Counted from the first letter of the stretch, positions 36,696 through 47,574 are shown. The stretch: 64,000 bases of DNA from Phycisphaera mikurensis (GCA_022730455.1 DZDI01000001.1:4829-68828); one strand, 5' to 3'. Notes: generated by a model not told the origin, from the sequence alone. Translations and numbers: made by a program.

Positions 36696-38114
36696 ATGAG
36701 TAAAGAAACGATTCGTATTTTAGTTGTAGATGATGAAATCGAGCACGCCGATGCGCTGTGCGAAGCGGTTGTGCGCATGGGATTTGCCGTGCGTCAGGCC
36801 CACGGACTTTCCGAGGCCCAAAGACTTTTAGCCCAAGAACCATACGACTTGGTCATCACCGATCTGCGTATGGACGCGCCCGATGACGGCTTTGAACTCC
36901 TGGAAAGTGTCAAGCGGGCGAGCGCGGACGCCCAGGTGATTATGGTCACTGCGCATGGAGATGTGGCTGCGGCCGTTAGGGCGATGAAAGCCGGTGCGTT
37001 CGACTTTATTCAAAAACCTCTCGATTTGGATCTGATTCGCCAGCAAGTCCGGCGAGCTGTCGATCAGGTGCGGCTTACCCGGCAAAACGCTAACTACCGC
37101 CACGCACTCGACCAAAAATATGGCATGGATGGCATCATCGGGCAGTCCAGCCCGATGATGCGGGCGCTGCAACTCGTTCGGCAGATAGCCCCTACCGATA
37201 TCAGTGTGCTTATTGCGGGGGAGTCGGGCACTGGCAAAGAATTGATCGCCCGTGCACTGCATCAAAATTCGCATCGCGCTGGCGGTCGATTTGTTGCGCT
37301 CAATTGTGCGGGACTCAACGAGAGTACGCTCGAAGATGAACTCTTCGGGCATGTGCGTGGCGCCTTTACTGACGCCCGTACCGATCGGCAGGGGCGATTT
37401 GAATACGCCGACCACGGCACTCTTTTTCTTGACGAAATCGGTGACATGCCCATGGCCATGCAGGCAAAATTGCTGCGCGTGCTTCAAGACCGGCAAATCA
37501 CCCGTCTCGGTTCCAATGAACCGATCCAGGTCGATGTGCGCTTCGTCTCCGCCACCAACAAAAATCTGGAAGAAGCCATTGCCAAGCGAGAATTTCGTGA
37601 TGATCTCTATTTCCGCATCAAAGGTGCAGCTATCTCACTGGCTCCGCTGCGTCAACGCCGCGAAGATATTCCGTTGCTTATCAAACACTTGATGGAAAAA
37701 ATCGCTAAGCGCGAGGGTAAGCCTTTACAGCATCTTTCCAATGAAGCACGTGATCTCCTTGTCGCACATGACTGGCCCGGCAACGTGCGGCAACTGGAGA
37801 ATGTAATAGAGAGTATGACGGCGCTGAGCACCGGCAGCACCTTGACACTGGACGATATCCCCCCCGATATCCTCGGTCAGTTTTCCGTAAAAAGTGTCAC
37901 CAGCACTGCCCTGGCGCCCATCGATCGCAATGCTTCAACCCAGTCGCTGGCACTGCCGAACCTGGCCGGTGTCAGTCTGGCTGAACTGGAACGTGAGGCC
38001 ATTGAAAAAACGCTGCAATTGGTGCAGGGCAATCGCGAGCAAGCTGCCAAAATGCTGGGCATTGGCGAACGTACGCTGTATCGTAAAATAAAGGAATACG
38101 ACATTGTGGAATAG
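36696..38114 (+). CDS. Sigma-54-dependent Fis-family response regulator (receiver + AAA+ sigma-54 activation + Fis HTH), orphan (no adjacent kinase)
   Basis: ILVVDDE..D receiver; Walker A GESGTGKE, GAFTDA/ESELFGH region, Fis-type HTH at C-terminus; listed ORF 36441.., start MSKETIRILVVDD at 36696. Confidence 0.85.
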   Translation: MSKETIRILVVDDEIEHADALCEAVVRMGFAVRQAHGLSEAQRLLAQEPYDLVITDLRMDAPDDGFELLESVKRASADAQVIMVTAHGDVAAAVRAMKAGAFDFIQKPLDLDLIRQQVRRAVDQVRLTRQNANYRHALDQKYGMDGIIGQSSPMMRALQLVRQIAPTDISVLIAGESGTGKELIARALHQNSHRAGGRFVALNCAGLNESTLEDELFGHVRGAFTDARTDRQGRFEYADHGTLFLDEIGDMPMAMQAKLLRVLQDRQITRLGSNEPIQVDVRFVSATNKNLEEAIAKREFRDDLYFRIKGAAISLAPLRQRREDIPLLIKHLMEKIAKREGKPLQHLSNEARDLLVAHDWPGNVRQLENVIESMTALSTGSTLTLDDIPPDILGQFSVKSVTSTALAPIDRNASTQSLALPNLAGVSLAELEREAIEKTLQLVQGNREQAAKMLGIGERTLYRKIKEYDIVE

Positions 38115-38146
38115 AACATTACGCAGTCAGGATGGGGTAGTTGTAA

Positions 38147-38632
38147 ATGAATGATGTTCGTGTGGGGCTGGGTTATGACCTTCACCGGCTGGAAATGGGG
38201 CGACCGTTGGTGCTGGCCAATGTGCCGATTCCACATGGCAAAGGGGCGATTGGTCATTCCGACGCGGATGTGGTCATCCACGCCCTGATCGACGCCATCA
38301 CCGGTGCCGCCGGGATGCCGGATGTAGGTGAAATGTTTCCCAACTCCGATCCCAAGTTCAAAAATATCAATTCTGCTCGACTTATTGAAAAAGTAGTGGA
38401 ATATCTCGCTGCCTCTTCCTGGCGAATCGTCAATGTTGATATCGTTGTGATCATTCAGGAACCGCGGTTGTCACCGCATAAGCTCCTCATGCGATCCAGA
38501 CTCTCTGAACTGCTCGGTGTTTCTCTCGATCGCATCAATATCAAGGCCAAAACCAACGAGCATGTCGATGCGATTGGACAGGAATTGGCGGTCGCCTGTC
38601 ATTGTGTGGTCTTACTGGCTCACACATCATGA
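38147..38632 (+). CDS. ispF: 2-C-methyl-D-erythritol 2,4-cyclodiphosphate synthase
   Basis: RVGLGYDLHRL, GHSDADVVIHALIDAI.G (IspF zinc/His motif), 161 aa. Confidence 0.9.
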   Translation: MNDVRVGLGYDLHRLEMGRPLVLANVPIPHGKGAIGHSDADVVIHALIDAITGAAGMPDVGEMFPNSDPKFKNINSARLIEKVVEYLAASSWRIVNVDIVVIIQEPRLSPHKLLMRSRLSELLGVSLDRINIKAKTNEHVDAIGQELAVACHCVVLLAHTS

Positions 38633-38685
38633 CAATTTCGCCCGGCGCTACTCCATCAGTTCCCTCCCGTTCGCCCGCGAAGGTT

Positions 38686-39180
38686 ATGCGAGTACTGGGT
38701 GTGGACCCCGGTCTTCACCGGACCGGTTATGCCGTATTAGGAATGTCGCCACTGCCGATGCTCATCGAAGCGGGGGTCATTCGGATCGGATCAGCCGGCA
38801 CGTTGTCGGTCCGTCTGGCCGATCTGCATGTGCAAATTGACGCCATCATTGATGAATTTTCCATCAGCCATGTGGGTGTTGAGCAAATATATGCCCACTA
38901 TAGACATCCCCGCACCGCTATTCTTATGGGCCATGCCCGCGGTGTCATTCTGCTGGCGGCTGGCCAAAAGGGTGTGCCGGTGACGGACCTGCCTAGTACG
39001 CTGGTAAAAAAGAACTTCACCGGCAATGGCCACGCCACCAAAAGCCAAATGCAGCGTACGGCTGCCAGCCGCTTCAAACTCAGTAAGCCTCCTTCGCCCC
39101 CCGATGTCGCCGATGCCATGGCCATTGCCTATGTGCTCGCCACCCGGCTTATTATGCCATCGCGTGCCGCCAAACGCTGA
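38686..39180 (+). CDS. ruvC: Crossover junction endodeoxyribonuclease RuvC
   Basis: MRVLGVDPGLHRTGYAVL (catalytic Asp7), ..EQIY.., DAMAIAY; start chosen at MRVLG (listed ORF from 38602). Confidence 0.85.
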   Translation: MRVLGVDPGLHRTGYAVLGMSPLPMLIEAGVIRIGSAGTLSVRLADLHVQIDAIIDEFSISHVGVEQIYAHYRHPRTAILMGHARGVILLAAGQKGVPVTDLPSTLVKKNFTGNGHATKSQMQRTAASRFKLSKPPSPPDVADAMAIAYVLATRLIMPSRAAKR

Positions 39181-39267
39181 GTCATTACTCCGGTCGCCAT
39201 CCCCGTCGCCGATTGCCAGCATTTGCGTTAAGCTACCGCCGCTGGCTATTGCGCAGGGAACCGACTC

Positions 39268-40227
39268 ATGCGGCAGAAATTATTCGAATCCATCGGCGGC
39301 AATCGCAAAAAGCAAATTTCATTGGGCGCTATTATGCTCGCCATCTTGCTGCTGGCAGTTCCCCGCCTTTTGACCTTACCTGTGGCCGACAGCCGCACCC
39401 AAATTTATTTTAGCCATTCCATTACGGAAGCCAGCGAGGCCTATCTATCCTGCCGTCTTGTTATTGGAACGTTAGGGCTTGTGGAGCATTCACAAATCAG
39501 CCTTCGTCCCTTTGGCGTCGGCGTGCAGACGGAGCCGGGACAGATGCTCGACCCCGTCTATGACATGGCCGAGCGGGCATCCGATGTGCTGGTAACAGCC
39601 ATCGCGGCACTGACCATAGAAGAAATCGGCTATGAAATCACGAAAGCTTTTACTCCCTTCCTGCTTGCGATTCTCCTCGTTGCGGTTGCGGCGCTGGCCT
39701 ACTGCGGCTTCGGTCGCGAGGATTTAATATTTCGCCGCGTTGTCGGCCTTACCCTTATACTTATTTGCCTGCGCATTGCCCTGCCCGTTTCAGCCATGGT
39801 TAACCAGACCGTTCATCGATATTTTTTTGCCGCCCGCATCGCCAGCGCCCGAGAGAAAATTGATATATTTCCGCAACACGATATCGCGGCCGCCACCAGC
39901 CTCCGGCTGCCACCGATGGGGGCAAACCCCTTCTCCGATATCGACGGACCTCTGCAATTTGCTTTGCAAAAGGTATCAGCCATCAGCAGACTCATCGCCA
40001 CGGCGGTCAGCCATGCCGCGTCTCTGTCACAGTCATTTGTCAGTCTCTGTTCGCTTTATGCCGGTGAATTTGTCATACAGGTTTTGCTGTTGCCGCTGTT
40101 GACGTGGTGGGTTTTGGTACGCATCGCCAATGCTGTTTTTGATGCCAATTTGCCGTTGCTGATTCGCCATCGCCGCGCCGAGGCAAAAGTCGATTCTCCT
40201 CGCTTGGGCGGCACTGGCCCGCACTGA
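39268..40227 (+). CDS. Hypothetical membrane protein (319 aa)
   Basis: N-terminal TM helix and further hydrophobic segments; no motif recognised. Confidence 0.4.
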   Translation: MRQKLFESIGGNRKKQISLGAIMLAILLLAVPRLLTLPVADSRTQIYFSHSITEASEAYLSCRLVIGTLGLVEHSQISLRPFGVGVQTEPGQMLDPVYDMAERASDVLVTAIAALTIEEIGYEITKAFTPFLLAILLVAVAALAYCGFGREDLIFRRVVGLTLILICLRIALPVSAMVNQTVHRYFFAARIASAREKIDIFPQHDIAAATSLRLPPMGANPFSDIDGPLQFALQKVSAISRLIATAVSHAASLSQSFVSLCSLYAGEFVIQVLLLPLLTWWVLVRIANAVFDANLPLLIRHRRAEAKVDSPRLGGTGPH

Positions 40228-40339
40228 TTAACTTGCATATGCAGCACTGCACGCACCACATCGGGGCTGCACCTTACTGATATGGCCAGCGATTCATCTG
40301 CATTCTGAGCCTTGGGAGGTAGCCGACGCAGAAACAATA

Positions 40340-41474
40340 TTATTTTTGCTCCGCCGCCGCTAATTTTCTCTGCTGTGCCTGATGGCGCAATTGTGCATCG
40401 ACGAAACCCTGTATGTCGCCATCCAAAACCACTTCCGGCTGAAAGACCTCGTAGCCATTGCGATGATCTTTAACCCTGCGATCATCCAGCACGTAACTGC
40501 GAATCTGCGATCCAAACGCAATTTCGCCTTTTTCACCGTAAAGCTTGGCCAACTCCGCATCGCGTGCCGCTTCCTGCATGCGGCGTAATTTGGCTTTAAC
40601 CAAGTCCAGCGCCAGAGCGCGATTCTGCACCTGCGATCTTTCACTGGTACACACCACTTGGATGCCGGTTGGTTTGTGAGTTATCCGAATCGCCGAGGCG
40701 ACTTTATTGACATTCTGGCCGCCAGGTCCGCTGGCCCGGACAAATGCAATAATTTCGATATCATGTTCGGGTATGACCAGTTCGTCATCCGCCCCTTCAA
40801 AGACGGGTGTTACATCTACACTGGCAAAACTGGTGTGTCGCCGGGCGTTGGCATCATACGGGCTGATCCGCACCAAACGGTGCACGCCCACTTCACAATT
40901 CATCGTACCGGTGGCGTATGCCCCTTTTACCAACAGCGTGATTTTTCGGATTCCGGCCTGTTCGCCGTCCAGTCGATCCACTTCCGATACATCCCAACTG
41001 CGGCGCTCAAAATAGCGCATGTACATGCGAAACAGCATGTCGGCCCAGTCGCATGCTTCTGTTCCCCCTGCCCCCGCATGGATTTGCACGTAGCAATCCG
41101 AAGCATCATGCGGCCCTGAAAACAAGGCCTGCAATTCCAGTTGGGCAAATGCTTTTTCTTGGGCGGCGATTGTCTGATCTGCTTCTTCGATCAGCGCCGC
41201 ATCATTTCCGTCGCGGCCCAATTCCAGCATGACATGGACATCTTCCAACGCCCTCGCTACTGCATCAAATGGATCCAAAATAGCCTTAAGCCCCTTGAAT
41301 TCACGAATGGTTTTATTGGCCGAATCCTGGTTATTCCAAAAGTCCGACGCGCCCATTTTTTCTTCGAGAGTTTTGATTTTTATTTTTTTGCCATCGACGT
41401 CAAAGAGAGTCGCGGATGTTTTTCACCCGCGCCTCAAGATCGGCCAATATCACATCCAGATTTTCGCGTGGCAT
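40340..41474 (-). CDS. prfB: Peptide chain release factor 2, requires programmed +1 ribosomal frameshift at 41400
   Basis: Frame-0 leader MPRENLDVILADLEARVKNIRDSL ends at CTT TGA C (classic RF2 shifty stop); +1 frame continues DVDGKK...MGASDFW into the 338-aa ORF with RF2 SPY(F)-type motif and GGQ (GPGGQNVNK); strong SD GAAGGAGG before ATG 41474. Confidence 0.9.
41397..41405 (-). other. prfB: prfB programmed +1 frameshift site CUU UGA C
   Basis: Minus-strand sequence ...TCT CTT TGA CGT CGA TGG...; identical heptanucleotide context to E. coli prfB. Confidence 0.85.
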
Positions 41475-41722
41475 GGTACCACCTCCTTCAAGTAGGGAGT
41501 ATAGCACGTGCGGGCTAACAGAGGTTGGTTGGTCGCACAGTGCCGTGTTTAGCCACGAGTGTCCATACTTTCGCATCAATTCGCCAACGTTGCCGAGTTC
41601 GTGCTCGCCATAACCATTTGTTAAATCACCGGATATGATCTTGACAAGTTTGAGCCTCAACTATAGCCTACAAAGTTTCATGTACCGTATGGTGTTACGG
41701 CGTTATATTTCTGGAGACAGCC

Positions 41723-44539
41723 ATGAAATCCGTTTCCCGCCGTCGTTTTGTGCAAGCGGTTTCGGCCGCTGGCGCCGCGTTGGCTTTGCCAAACGCTTCA
41801 TCCACGGCAGTGGCCGCACCTCATCGCGTCCGGGTGCTGCACCGGAATGGAGCTGTGACGGCCAACATCCTGAATGATTCCGTGGCCGGTGCACTGGATA
41901 TTTCGTCCACCATGCCTATGGCATCCGGCGCGCCATTGGGTGGCATTGGCACAGGTTATATCGAATTACGCCCTGATGGGTGTTTTTATAAATGGTTGAT
42001 CTTCAATGCCGGTCAGTGGGCCGGTCAATTGCCCGCAAGTCAGTCCGGAGTAAATCCGAATTCCGGGCCGCAGAGTCTGCAGTTTTTAGTTTGGACAAAG
42101 GAACAGGGAAGCGATTCTCCAAAGTTTCGGCGACTGTACTTAAGGCCGCACGAAAATAATTTGCTTTCGGTGGCCTATTTGCAGGATGTCGAATCCATTG
42201 AATATGGCGCGTGGTTTCCCATGACAACTCTGCAATACCATGACTCTACTTTGCCGATCCGCGTCAGTGCCACGGCCTTTTCACCGTTTATGCCGGGCAA
42301 GGCCCGCGAATCTGCAACCCCCGGCTGCACCATGGTGTTCACCCTTGAAAACACCAGCCAAAATCCAGTAGAGGTATCCCTGCTTTCGCTGCTGGATAAT
42401 CCGCTGGCCTACGGGCACAAGCAGCGTCAACTCGTTAATAGGATCAGTCGTGATGGCGACACCTCGACGCTGGCGATGAACACCAAGGCTGATTCTCAGA
42501 ATAAAACCACACTTGGCAGCCTGTGTCTTTCTGTAACCGGTGGAACGCACAGTTGGATATCCGGTACGTTCGCACAATATGCCGGCACCACTGGATTATG
42601 CAACTGGCAAACACCCCGTCTCTTCTTCATGATGGTGGATGCTATGCAGAAGTTTTTCGCCATCGGAAAACTACCCAATACCAGTGCCAGCACGGATCCA
42701 TCGCAGACGTTCAGGCTGAATCCGTCGCAAATAGAGGCTTTGACGGCGGCGGAATCTCGACAATGGATTAAAACACTCTCTGGCGATGCTCTCTTGGACC
42801 GCGTGATAACCGGAGCTGCTGTTCACTCGCCCGGCCTGCTTGATTCGGACCAAGGTCGGAAGGAAATACTCAAAGAAGTCAGCCAGAACCTTTCGGCTGA
42901 TCTTGCAGGCCCGGATCGAGATCGTTCGACCTGGGGCACCGGGGCGCTGGCGTCCAGTGTTACCTTAGCACCCGGTGAGAAGAAAGAAATACGTTTTACA
43001 TTCAGTTGGTACTTTCCTCACCACTTCAGTAAGTGGGGGGAAGACATGGGCCATAACTACGCGAATTGGTTTTCCGATGCCACCGAAGTTAACGCGCATC
43101 TGGTCAAGCAATACCCTGTCCATCGCCGGGAGACCGAATTATTCGCCCGTACGTTGGCAGATACTTCGCTGGGCGATCCAATGGCCTTCTGCTGGTCGAG
43201 CCATTTGTGTACCGCCGTCACTAATACCTGGTGGATCAAGGATGGTAATTATGCAATTTGGGAAGGGCTTGGATGCTGCGGACTGAGCACTATGGATGTG
43301 GAATACAGTGCCAGTTTTTCCATCGCTGCGTTGTTTCCAGAATTAAAACTTCTGCAGATGCGGAAGATGATCAAATTCCAGAATGCCGAGGGCCAGGTAC
43401 CACACAATTACGATGGTGATTTTAGACACGTCGACAATGGCTGGCTCCGAGTGGATCTGAATCCTCTGTTTGTCATGATGGTATATCGCGACTATCTCTG
43501 GGCCAATGATAAATCGCAGTTGACTTACATGTGGCCCCATGTCGTCAAAGCCATGCGCTATACCGCATCCTTAGACACCAACGGAGATGGCCTGCCTGAT
43601 AAGGACACGAGTCTTCAGACATACGATGTGTGGCGCCTCCACGGCTCGCCATCATATGTCTGTTCTGTGTGGATCGGTGCGTTGCAATCGGCCATTGAAA
43701 TTGCCGATGCGCTGGGCCACACTCAGGAAGCGGCATCATGGAAGGCGACACTGGCAAAGGCATCGGCAAGTTTTAATCGCATGCTGTTCAATGGCGAATA
43801 TTTCAGCCTATGGGTGAAAGGTGCCCAGCGCGATGAGGTGTGCATGGCCGTGCAGACCAGTGGGCAGTGGTTTACCCATCTGATTGGACTGCCAACTGCC
43901 ATTTCCAACACATACCTGCAGTCAGCCATCAAAAGTATCTGGAAATACAATTTCAACTTTCAAACCGGCTTACGCAATGCCGCTGTACCCCATGGTAAAC
44001 GGAACCTGCTCGTTCTCGATAATTTACAGGCCGGTGCTGTGTGGTCCGGCGTTGAATATGACTTTGCCTCGTCCCTGATGGATCACGGACATTATTCTCT
44101 CGGGGCGGAGCTTGTCGCAGCGGTACATCAGCGGTATCTGCGAGCGGGAATGCCGTGGAACCACATCGAGTGCGGCGAACACTATTCACGTCCAATGAGC
44201 AGTTGGGCCACGCTTCTAGCGGCCACAGGTTTCAAACCCAACTGGCCGAAGGAAATGTTGACAATTGCTCCCAGCGTCCCGGGCGATTTTCATGCCCCGT
44301 GGGCGACCAAGGATGGTTACGGCCGATTAAGCCGATCCGGGAATGCCATAGCGCTGGAGTGCGTGTCGGGCCAAATCCATTTTCGAATACTGCGGACCAA
44401 TCATTCTACGATGCAGCTAAAAGCGACTTTGAATGGTAAGACCCTGCCGCAGGGCATGTCTCATGCGGAAGGTTTGACAGTTATTACGTTCGATCAGCCC
44501 GTCACAATAAAAGCTGGGCATACCCTGCAGCTTTCGTAA
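41723..44539 (+). CDS. Glycoside hydrolase family 116 (GBA2-type beta-glucosidase/glucosylceramidase-like), Tat-secreted
   Basis: Tat-like signal MKSVSRRRFVQAVSAAGAALALP; GH116 N-domain signature PLGGIGTGYIELRPDGCFYKWLIFNAG; about 940 aa with C-terminal (alpha/alpha)6 catalytic region. Confidence 0.7.
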   Translation: MKSVSRRRFVQAVSAAGAALALPNASSTAVAAPHRVRVLHRNGAVTANILNDSVAGALDISSTMPMASGAPLGGIGTGYIELRPDGCFYKWLIFNAGQWAGQLPASQSGVNPNSGPQSLQFLVWTKEQGSDSPKFRRLYLRPHENNLLSVAYLQDVESIEYGAWFPMTTLQYHDSTLPIRVSATAFSPFMPGKARESATPGCTMVFTLENTSQNPVEVSLLSLLDNPLAYGHKQRQLVNRISRDGDTSTLAMNTKADSQNKTTLGSLCLSVTGGTHSWISGTFAQYAGTTGLCNWQTPRLFFMMVDAMQKFFAIGKLPNTSASTDPSQTFRLNPSQIEALTAAESRQWIKTLSGDALLDRVITGAAVHSPGLLDSDQGRKEILKEVSQNLSADLAGPDRDRSTWGTGALASSVTLAPGEKKEIRFTFSWYFPHHFSKWGEDMGHNYANWFSDATEVNAHLVKQYPVHRRETELFARTLADTSLGDPMAFCWSSHLCTAVTNTWWIKDGNYAIWEGLGCCGLSTMDVEYSASFSIAALFPELKLLQMRKMIKFQNAEGQVPHNYDGDFRHVDNGWLRVDLNPLFVMMVYRDYLWANDKSQLTYMWPHVVKAMRYTASLDTNGDGLPDKDTSLQTYDVWRLHGSPSYVCSVWIGALQSAIEIADALGHTQEAASWKATLAKASASFNRMLFNGEYFSLWVKGAQRDEVCMAVQTSGQWFTHLIGLPTAISNTYLQSAIKSIWKYNFNFQTGLRNAAVPHGKRNLLVLDNLQAGAVWSGVEYDFASSLMDHGHYSLGAELVAAVHQRYLRAGMPWNHIECGEHYSRPMSSWATLLAATGFKPNWPKEMLTIAPSVPGDFHAPWATKDGYGRLSRSGNAIALECVSGQIHFRILRTNHSTMQLKATLNGKTLPQGMSHAEGLTVITFDQPVTIKAGHTLQLS

Positions 44540-44565
44540 ATTGGCGCGGTCATTTTTACATCGGA

Positions 44566-45384
44566 GTGGCTATGAAATCGCTGAAACCTGCCAATATCAC
44601 GAGGCGAGTTCAGCTTGCAGATATCAAGCCTGGCGACCGCTTGGGTCTTGAAGATAAGGATATCACCCACCAGCAAACTGAAGCCATTACACGCGAAATC
44701 GGCGACTTGCAGCAACAACTGTTTTCCGATTCAACGCAGGCGTTGCTGGTTATTTTACAGGGAATGGATACGGCAGGGAAAGATGGAACGATCCGTCGTG
44801 TTTTTGATCATATCAATCCGGCAGGAATGAGTGTCAGCAGTTTCAAGACCCCCGGTGGCGACGAAATATTGCACGACTTCCTCTGGCGGGTACACCAGCG
44901 CGTTCCCGCATTTGGACACATTGGTGTTTTCAATCGGTCGCATTATGAAGATGTCCTGATCGTAAGGGTGCACGCAGAATCGATGTTGCCTCCACATTGG
45001 CAACGCGAAAAAAATCTTTTCAAAAAGCGTTTCGATATGATCAACAGCTTTGAGCATATCCTGCACCAATCGCGCATAAAAATTGTCAAATTCTTTCTGC
45101 ATATTTCAAAGGACGAACAGTTGGCCCGGCTCAAGGCTCGAGAGAAGGACCTGAACAAAAACTGGAAACTCTCGGCATCGGATTTTGCAGAGCGAAAATT
45201 TTGGAACAAATATCAGTCGTGCTACGAAGATGTGATTTGCCATACATCGACGCCTAATGCGCCGTGGTATATCGTGCCATCGGATCACAAATGGGTGCGG
45301 GATCACTGTGTGGCCACCATTGTGCGCGATACACTGCTGGCTATGCATCCTCATCCACCGCGGGCCACAAAAAAACCGATCTGA
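44566..45384 (+). CDS. ppk2: Polyphosphate kinase 2 (PPK2, polyphosphate:nucleotide phosphotransferase)
   Basis: Walker A-like GMDTAGKDG, FNRSHYEDVL, lid region; 272 aa single PPK2 domain. Confidence 0.8.
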   Translation: MAMKSLKPANITRRVQLADIKPGDRLGLEDKDITHQQTEAITREIGDLQQQLFSDSTQALLVILQGMDTAGKDGTIRRVFDHINPAGMSVSSFKTPGGDEILHDFLWRVHQRVPAFGHIGVFNRSHYEDVLIVRVHAESMLPPHWQREKNLFKKRFDMINSFEHILHQSRIKIVKFFLHISKDEQLARLKAREKDLNKNWKLSASDFAERKFWNKYQSCYEDVICHTSTPNAPWYIVPSDHKWVRDHCVATIVRDTLLAMHPHPPRATKKPI

Positions 45385-45621
45385 GATGGCTTACCAAAAA
45401 TTCAGTTAAATCCTTGGTTTACGGCCTTCTTGGGTTGGCCGTCGGCTACCGTCTATCATTCCCAAACACTGCACCCCATCGGTGTGCTTCAAGCACCGCG
45501 AGATATGGGTACGGGCATCTCAAATTGATGGATTTCTCAGACTCTCTGTGCCCCGCATGCCGCCGTGCAGGTTCACCTGCGTGCATATACCGTAATAAAA
45601 TTGGGAGGTATACTGGAAACA

Positions 45622-46440
45622 ATGTTTGAGTTCATGAGTACTTTTGCAGATCGCTTGGGCGCCTACAACTGGTGGATCGTCTGCATTGAACTCCTGCTCA
45701 TCGGTGCCGTCGTCCACTCCGTACTCTATTTTTTACGCGATACGCGTGGTGCGCGTCTTATTCGCGGCACTATTTTGTTTTTGATTATCGCCTTTACGGT
45801 AATCTGGCTCAGCGGTAATAAGCTGATCCGCGTCGAGTTTTTATTTCAAAGGGTTCTGCTTTTCACCAGCTTGGCTATCGTTGTCGTCTTTCAGCCGGAG
45901 CTAAGGCGGGCACTGATGCGCCTGGGCGAAGCCAGATTATTCCGTGTAGGACAGAAAAAACCGTCCGATATGGTTGAGGCCCTAGTTAAAACGGCTGATT
46001 ATTGCTCACGCAATCGCATCGGAGTGTTAATCGCCATTGAACGGCAGGTTGGCTTGGCGGGCCTTGCAGAAAATGGAGCATCTCTCGATGCCGAGATTAC
46101 CAGTGAATTGCTCAATACCATTTTTTGGCCCGGATCAGCACTTCATGATATGGGCGTCGTCATTCGGCACGGGCGATTGGCGGCGGCGGGCGTGCAATTT
46201 CCCCTCGACGAGGGTGGTGACCTGCCGACCGAACTTGGCGCCCGTCATCGCGCCGCCCTAGGCCTGTCTCAGGATACCGATGCCCTCATCCTTGTGGTCA
46301 GTGAGGAGACGGGCATAATTAGTATTGCCCAGCGCGGGAAGCTGGATCGTGGGCTTTCGCTGGATGAACTTCGGCGGCGACTGCATCAAGACCTGGATAT
46401 TGGCTCTCAAGTCGCTCATGATGACTCTATTCTCGCGTAG
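45622..46440 (+). CDS. cdaA: Diadenylate cyclase CdaA (c-di-AMP synthase), 3 TM + DAC domain
   Basis: Three N-terminal TM helices, DAC motifs GVLIAIER, LHDMGVVIRHG, GARHRAALGLSQDTDALILVVSEETGIISIA; listed ORF opens with GTG 45565, ATG at 45622 preceded by GGGAGG. Confidence 0.85.
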   Translation: MFEFMSTFADRLGAYNWWIVCIELLLIGAVVHSVLYFLRDTRGARLIRGTILFLIIAFTVIWLSGNKLIRVEFLFQRVLLFTSLAIVVVFQPELRRALMRLGEARLFRVGQKKPSDMVEALVKTADYCSRNRIGVLIAIERQVGLAGLAENGASLDAEITSELLNTIFWPGSALHDMGVVIRHGRLAAAGVQFPLDEGGDLPTELGARHRAALGLSQDTDALILVVSEETGIISIAQRGKLDRGLSLDELRRRLHQDLDIGSQVAHDDSILA

Positions 46441-46449
46441 AGAGGAGAA

Positions 46450-47574
46450 ATGACCACGAAAAAAGCAGGCCCCAATCTTGCCGCCCATCTGAAAATATTG
46501 CCGCTGACGGTAATTCTTACCGTACTGCTTTGGCTTTATGCCGATGCCCACCTGACGGCGACCCAGCATGACGTGCCGGTGAAGGTAAGGTTCGCCGCAT
46601 CCAAAAACAATCATGCCATGACGGTAAGTCCAAGTTTGCCTCAGGACGGAGAATATGAGATAAGTATTTCCGGTCGCAAAAGCGGTGTAAGCCAGGTGGC
46701 TGACCAGCTTTTAGGCAGGGTCATGCTCACGGCGATTGACCGGCGCGATTTAACCAGCGAGTTTAATGGTGCCCATTTTCGCTATGGAAAGACATATACT
46801 TTCAGCACCAGCCAGTTGCTGAACGCATTGCCATATTTTAGAAGACACCACATCGCGGTCATCGCGGCGCAACCGCGTAAAACCAAACTGGTTTTTGACC
46901 GCCTCTTTCATATCCGTCGCCCGGTTCAATTTTCCGCGCTGATGGGTATTCACGCAGTTATAAAGCCCGCGACGGCGGTGGTAACCATCGCTGGCAGTAC
47001 GCTTAAGCGCATCGGCGGTGGGGAGGAAATTTCAGTTGAGGCCCAGCCGTTGCAAAGTCTTACAGGTCTGCCGCCTAGCTCAAAACAGCGTATAGAGGCC
47101 CAATTAATTGTTGACTATCCCGGAGCCGTCCGACATGCGGTAACAGTTAGTCCGGCCACGGTGGTGGTGAGTTTTGTCGCACCGCGTGGAAAACGCAAGG
47201 TTTTGCATGTGGGGGCCGTGCCCATATGGGTACAGGGGCCGCCAGACATTTTACGGCGCTATCGGATTGAAGTCCGGCCGGCGGTGGTCTCCGTCTCCGT
47301 CTTTGGCGGAGCCCGAACGATTCGTCGCCTTGAGGCCGATATCGTATTAGGATCTGTAGCGCCCATCAATAAACAAATCATCGGTTTCGTCAGTTTGCCG
47401 CCGTCGATCAAATCCACGGCTCGATGGCTTACCCACAGCGTACACTACTCTTTGCCCGAAGGCGTATCCATTGTCAAAAGTCCGCAGACCGTGAAAATTA
47501 AGATCAGTCGCCGCCCGGTTGCACCGCTTCCCGGTGCGGCGCCGGCCACTACTGCTCCAGTGGTGCGCCCATGA
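46450..47574 (+). CDS. cdaR: CdaR (YbbR-like domain regulator of CdaA)
   Basis: Immediately downstream of cdaA, N-terminal TM anchor, repeated YbbR-like beta domains, 374 aa. Confidence 0.65.
   Translation: MTTKKAGPNLAAHLKILPLTVILTVLLWLYADAHLTATQHDVPVKVRFAASKNNHAMTVSPSLPQDGEYEISISGRKSGVSQVADQLLGRVMLTAIDRRDLTSEFNGAHFRYGKTYTFSTSQLLNALPYFRRHHIAVIAAQPRKTKLVFDRLFHIRRPVQFSALMGIHAVIKPATAVVTIAGSTLKRIGGGEEISVEAQPLQSLTGLPPSSKQRIEAQLIVDYPGAVRHAVTVSPATVVVSFVAPRGKRKVLHVGAVPIWVQGPPDILRRYRIEVRPAVVSVSVFGGARTIRRLEADIVLGSVAPINKQIIGFVSLPPSIKSTARWLTHSVHYSLPEGVSIVKSPQTVKIKISRRPVAPLPGAAPATTAPVVRP

Noticed and set aside
36828-37496. 222-aa minus-strand ORF inside the sigma-54 activator gene
   Set aside because: Antisense to the AAA+ domain with clear Walker motifs on the + strand; no motifs of its own
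41635-41722. TTGACA-like hexamer upstream of the GH116 gene
   Set aside because: Spacer/-10 geometry (about 15 nt then TATAGC) is poor; not reported as a promoter
45455-45475. Palindrome GTGCTTcAAGCAC after ppk2
   Set aside because: Single-nucleotide spacer precludes an RNA hairpin; could be a protein-binding dyad but no supporting context
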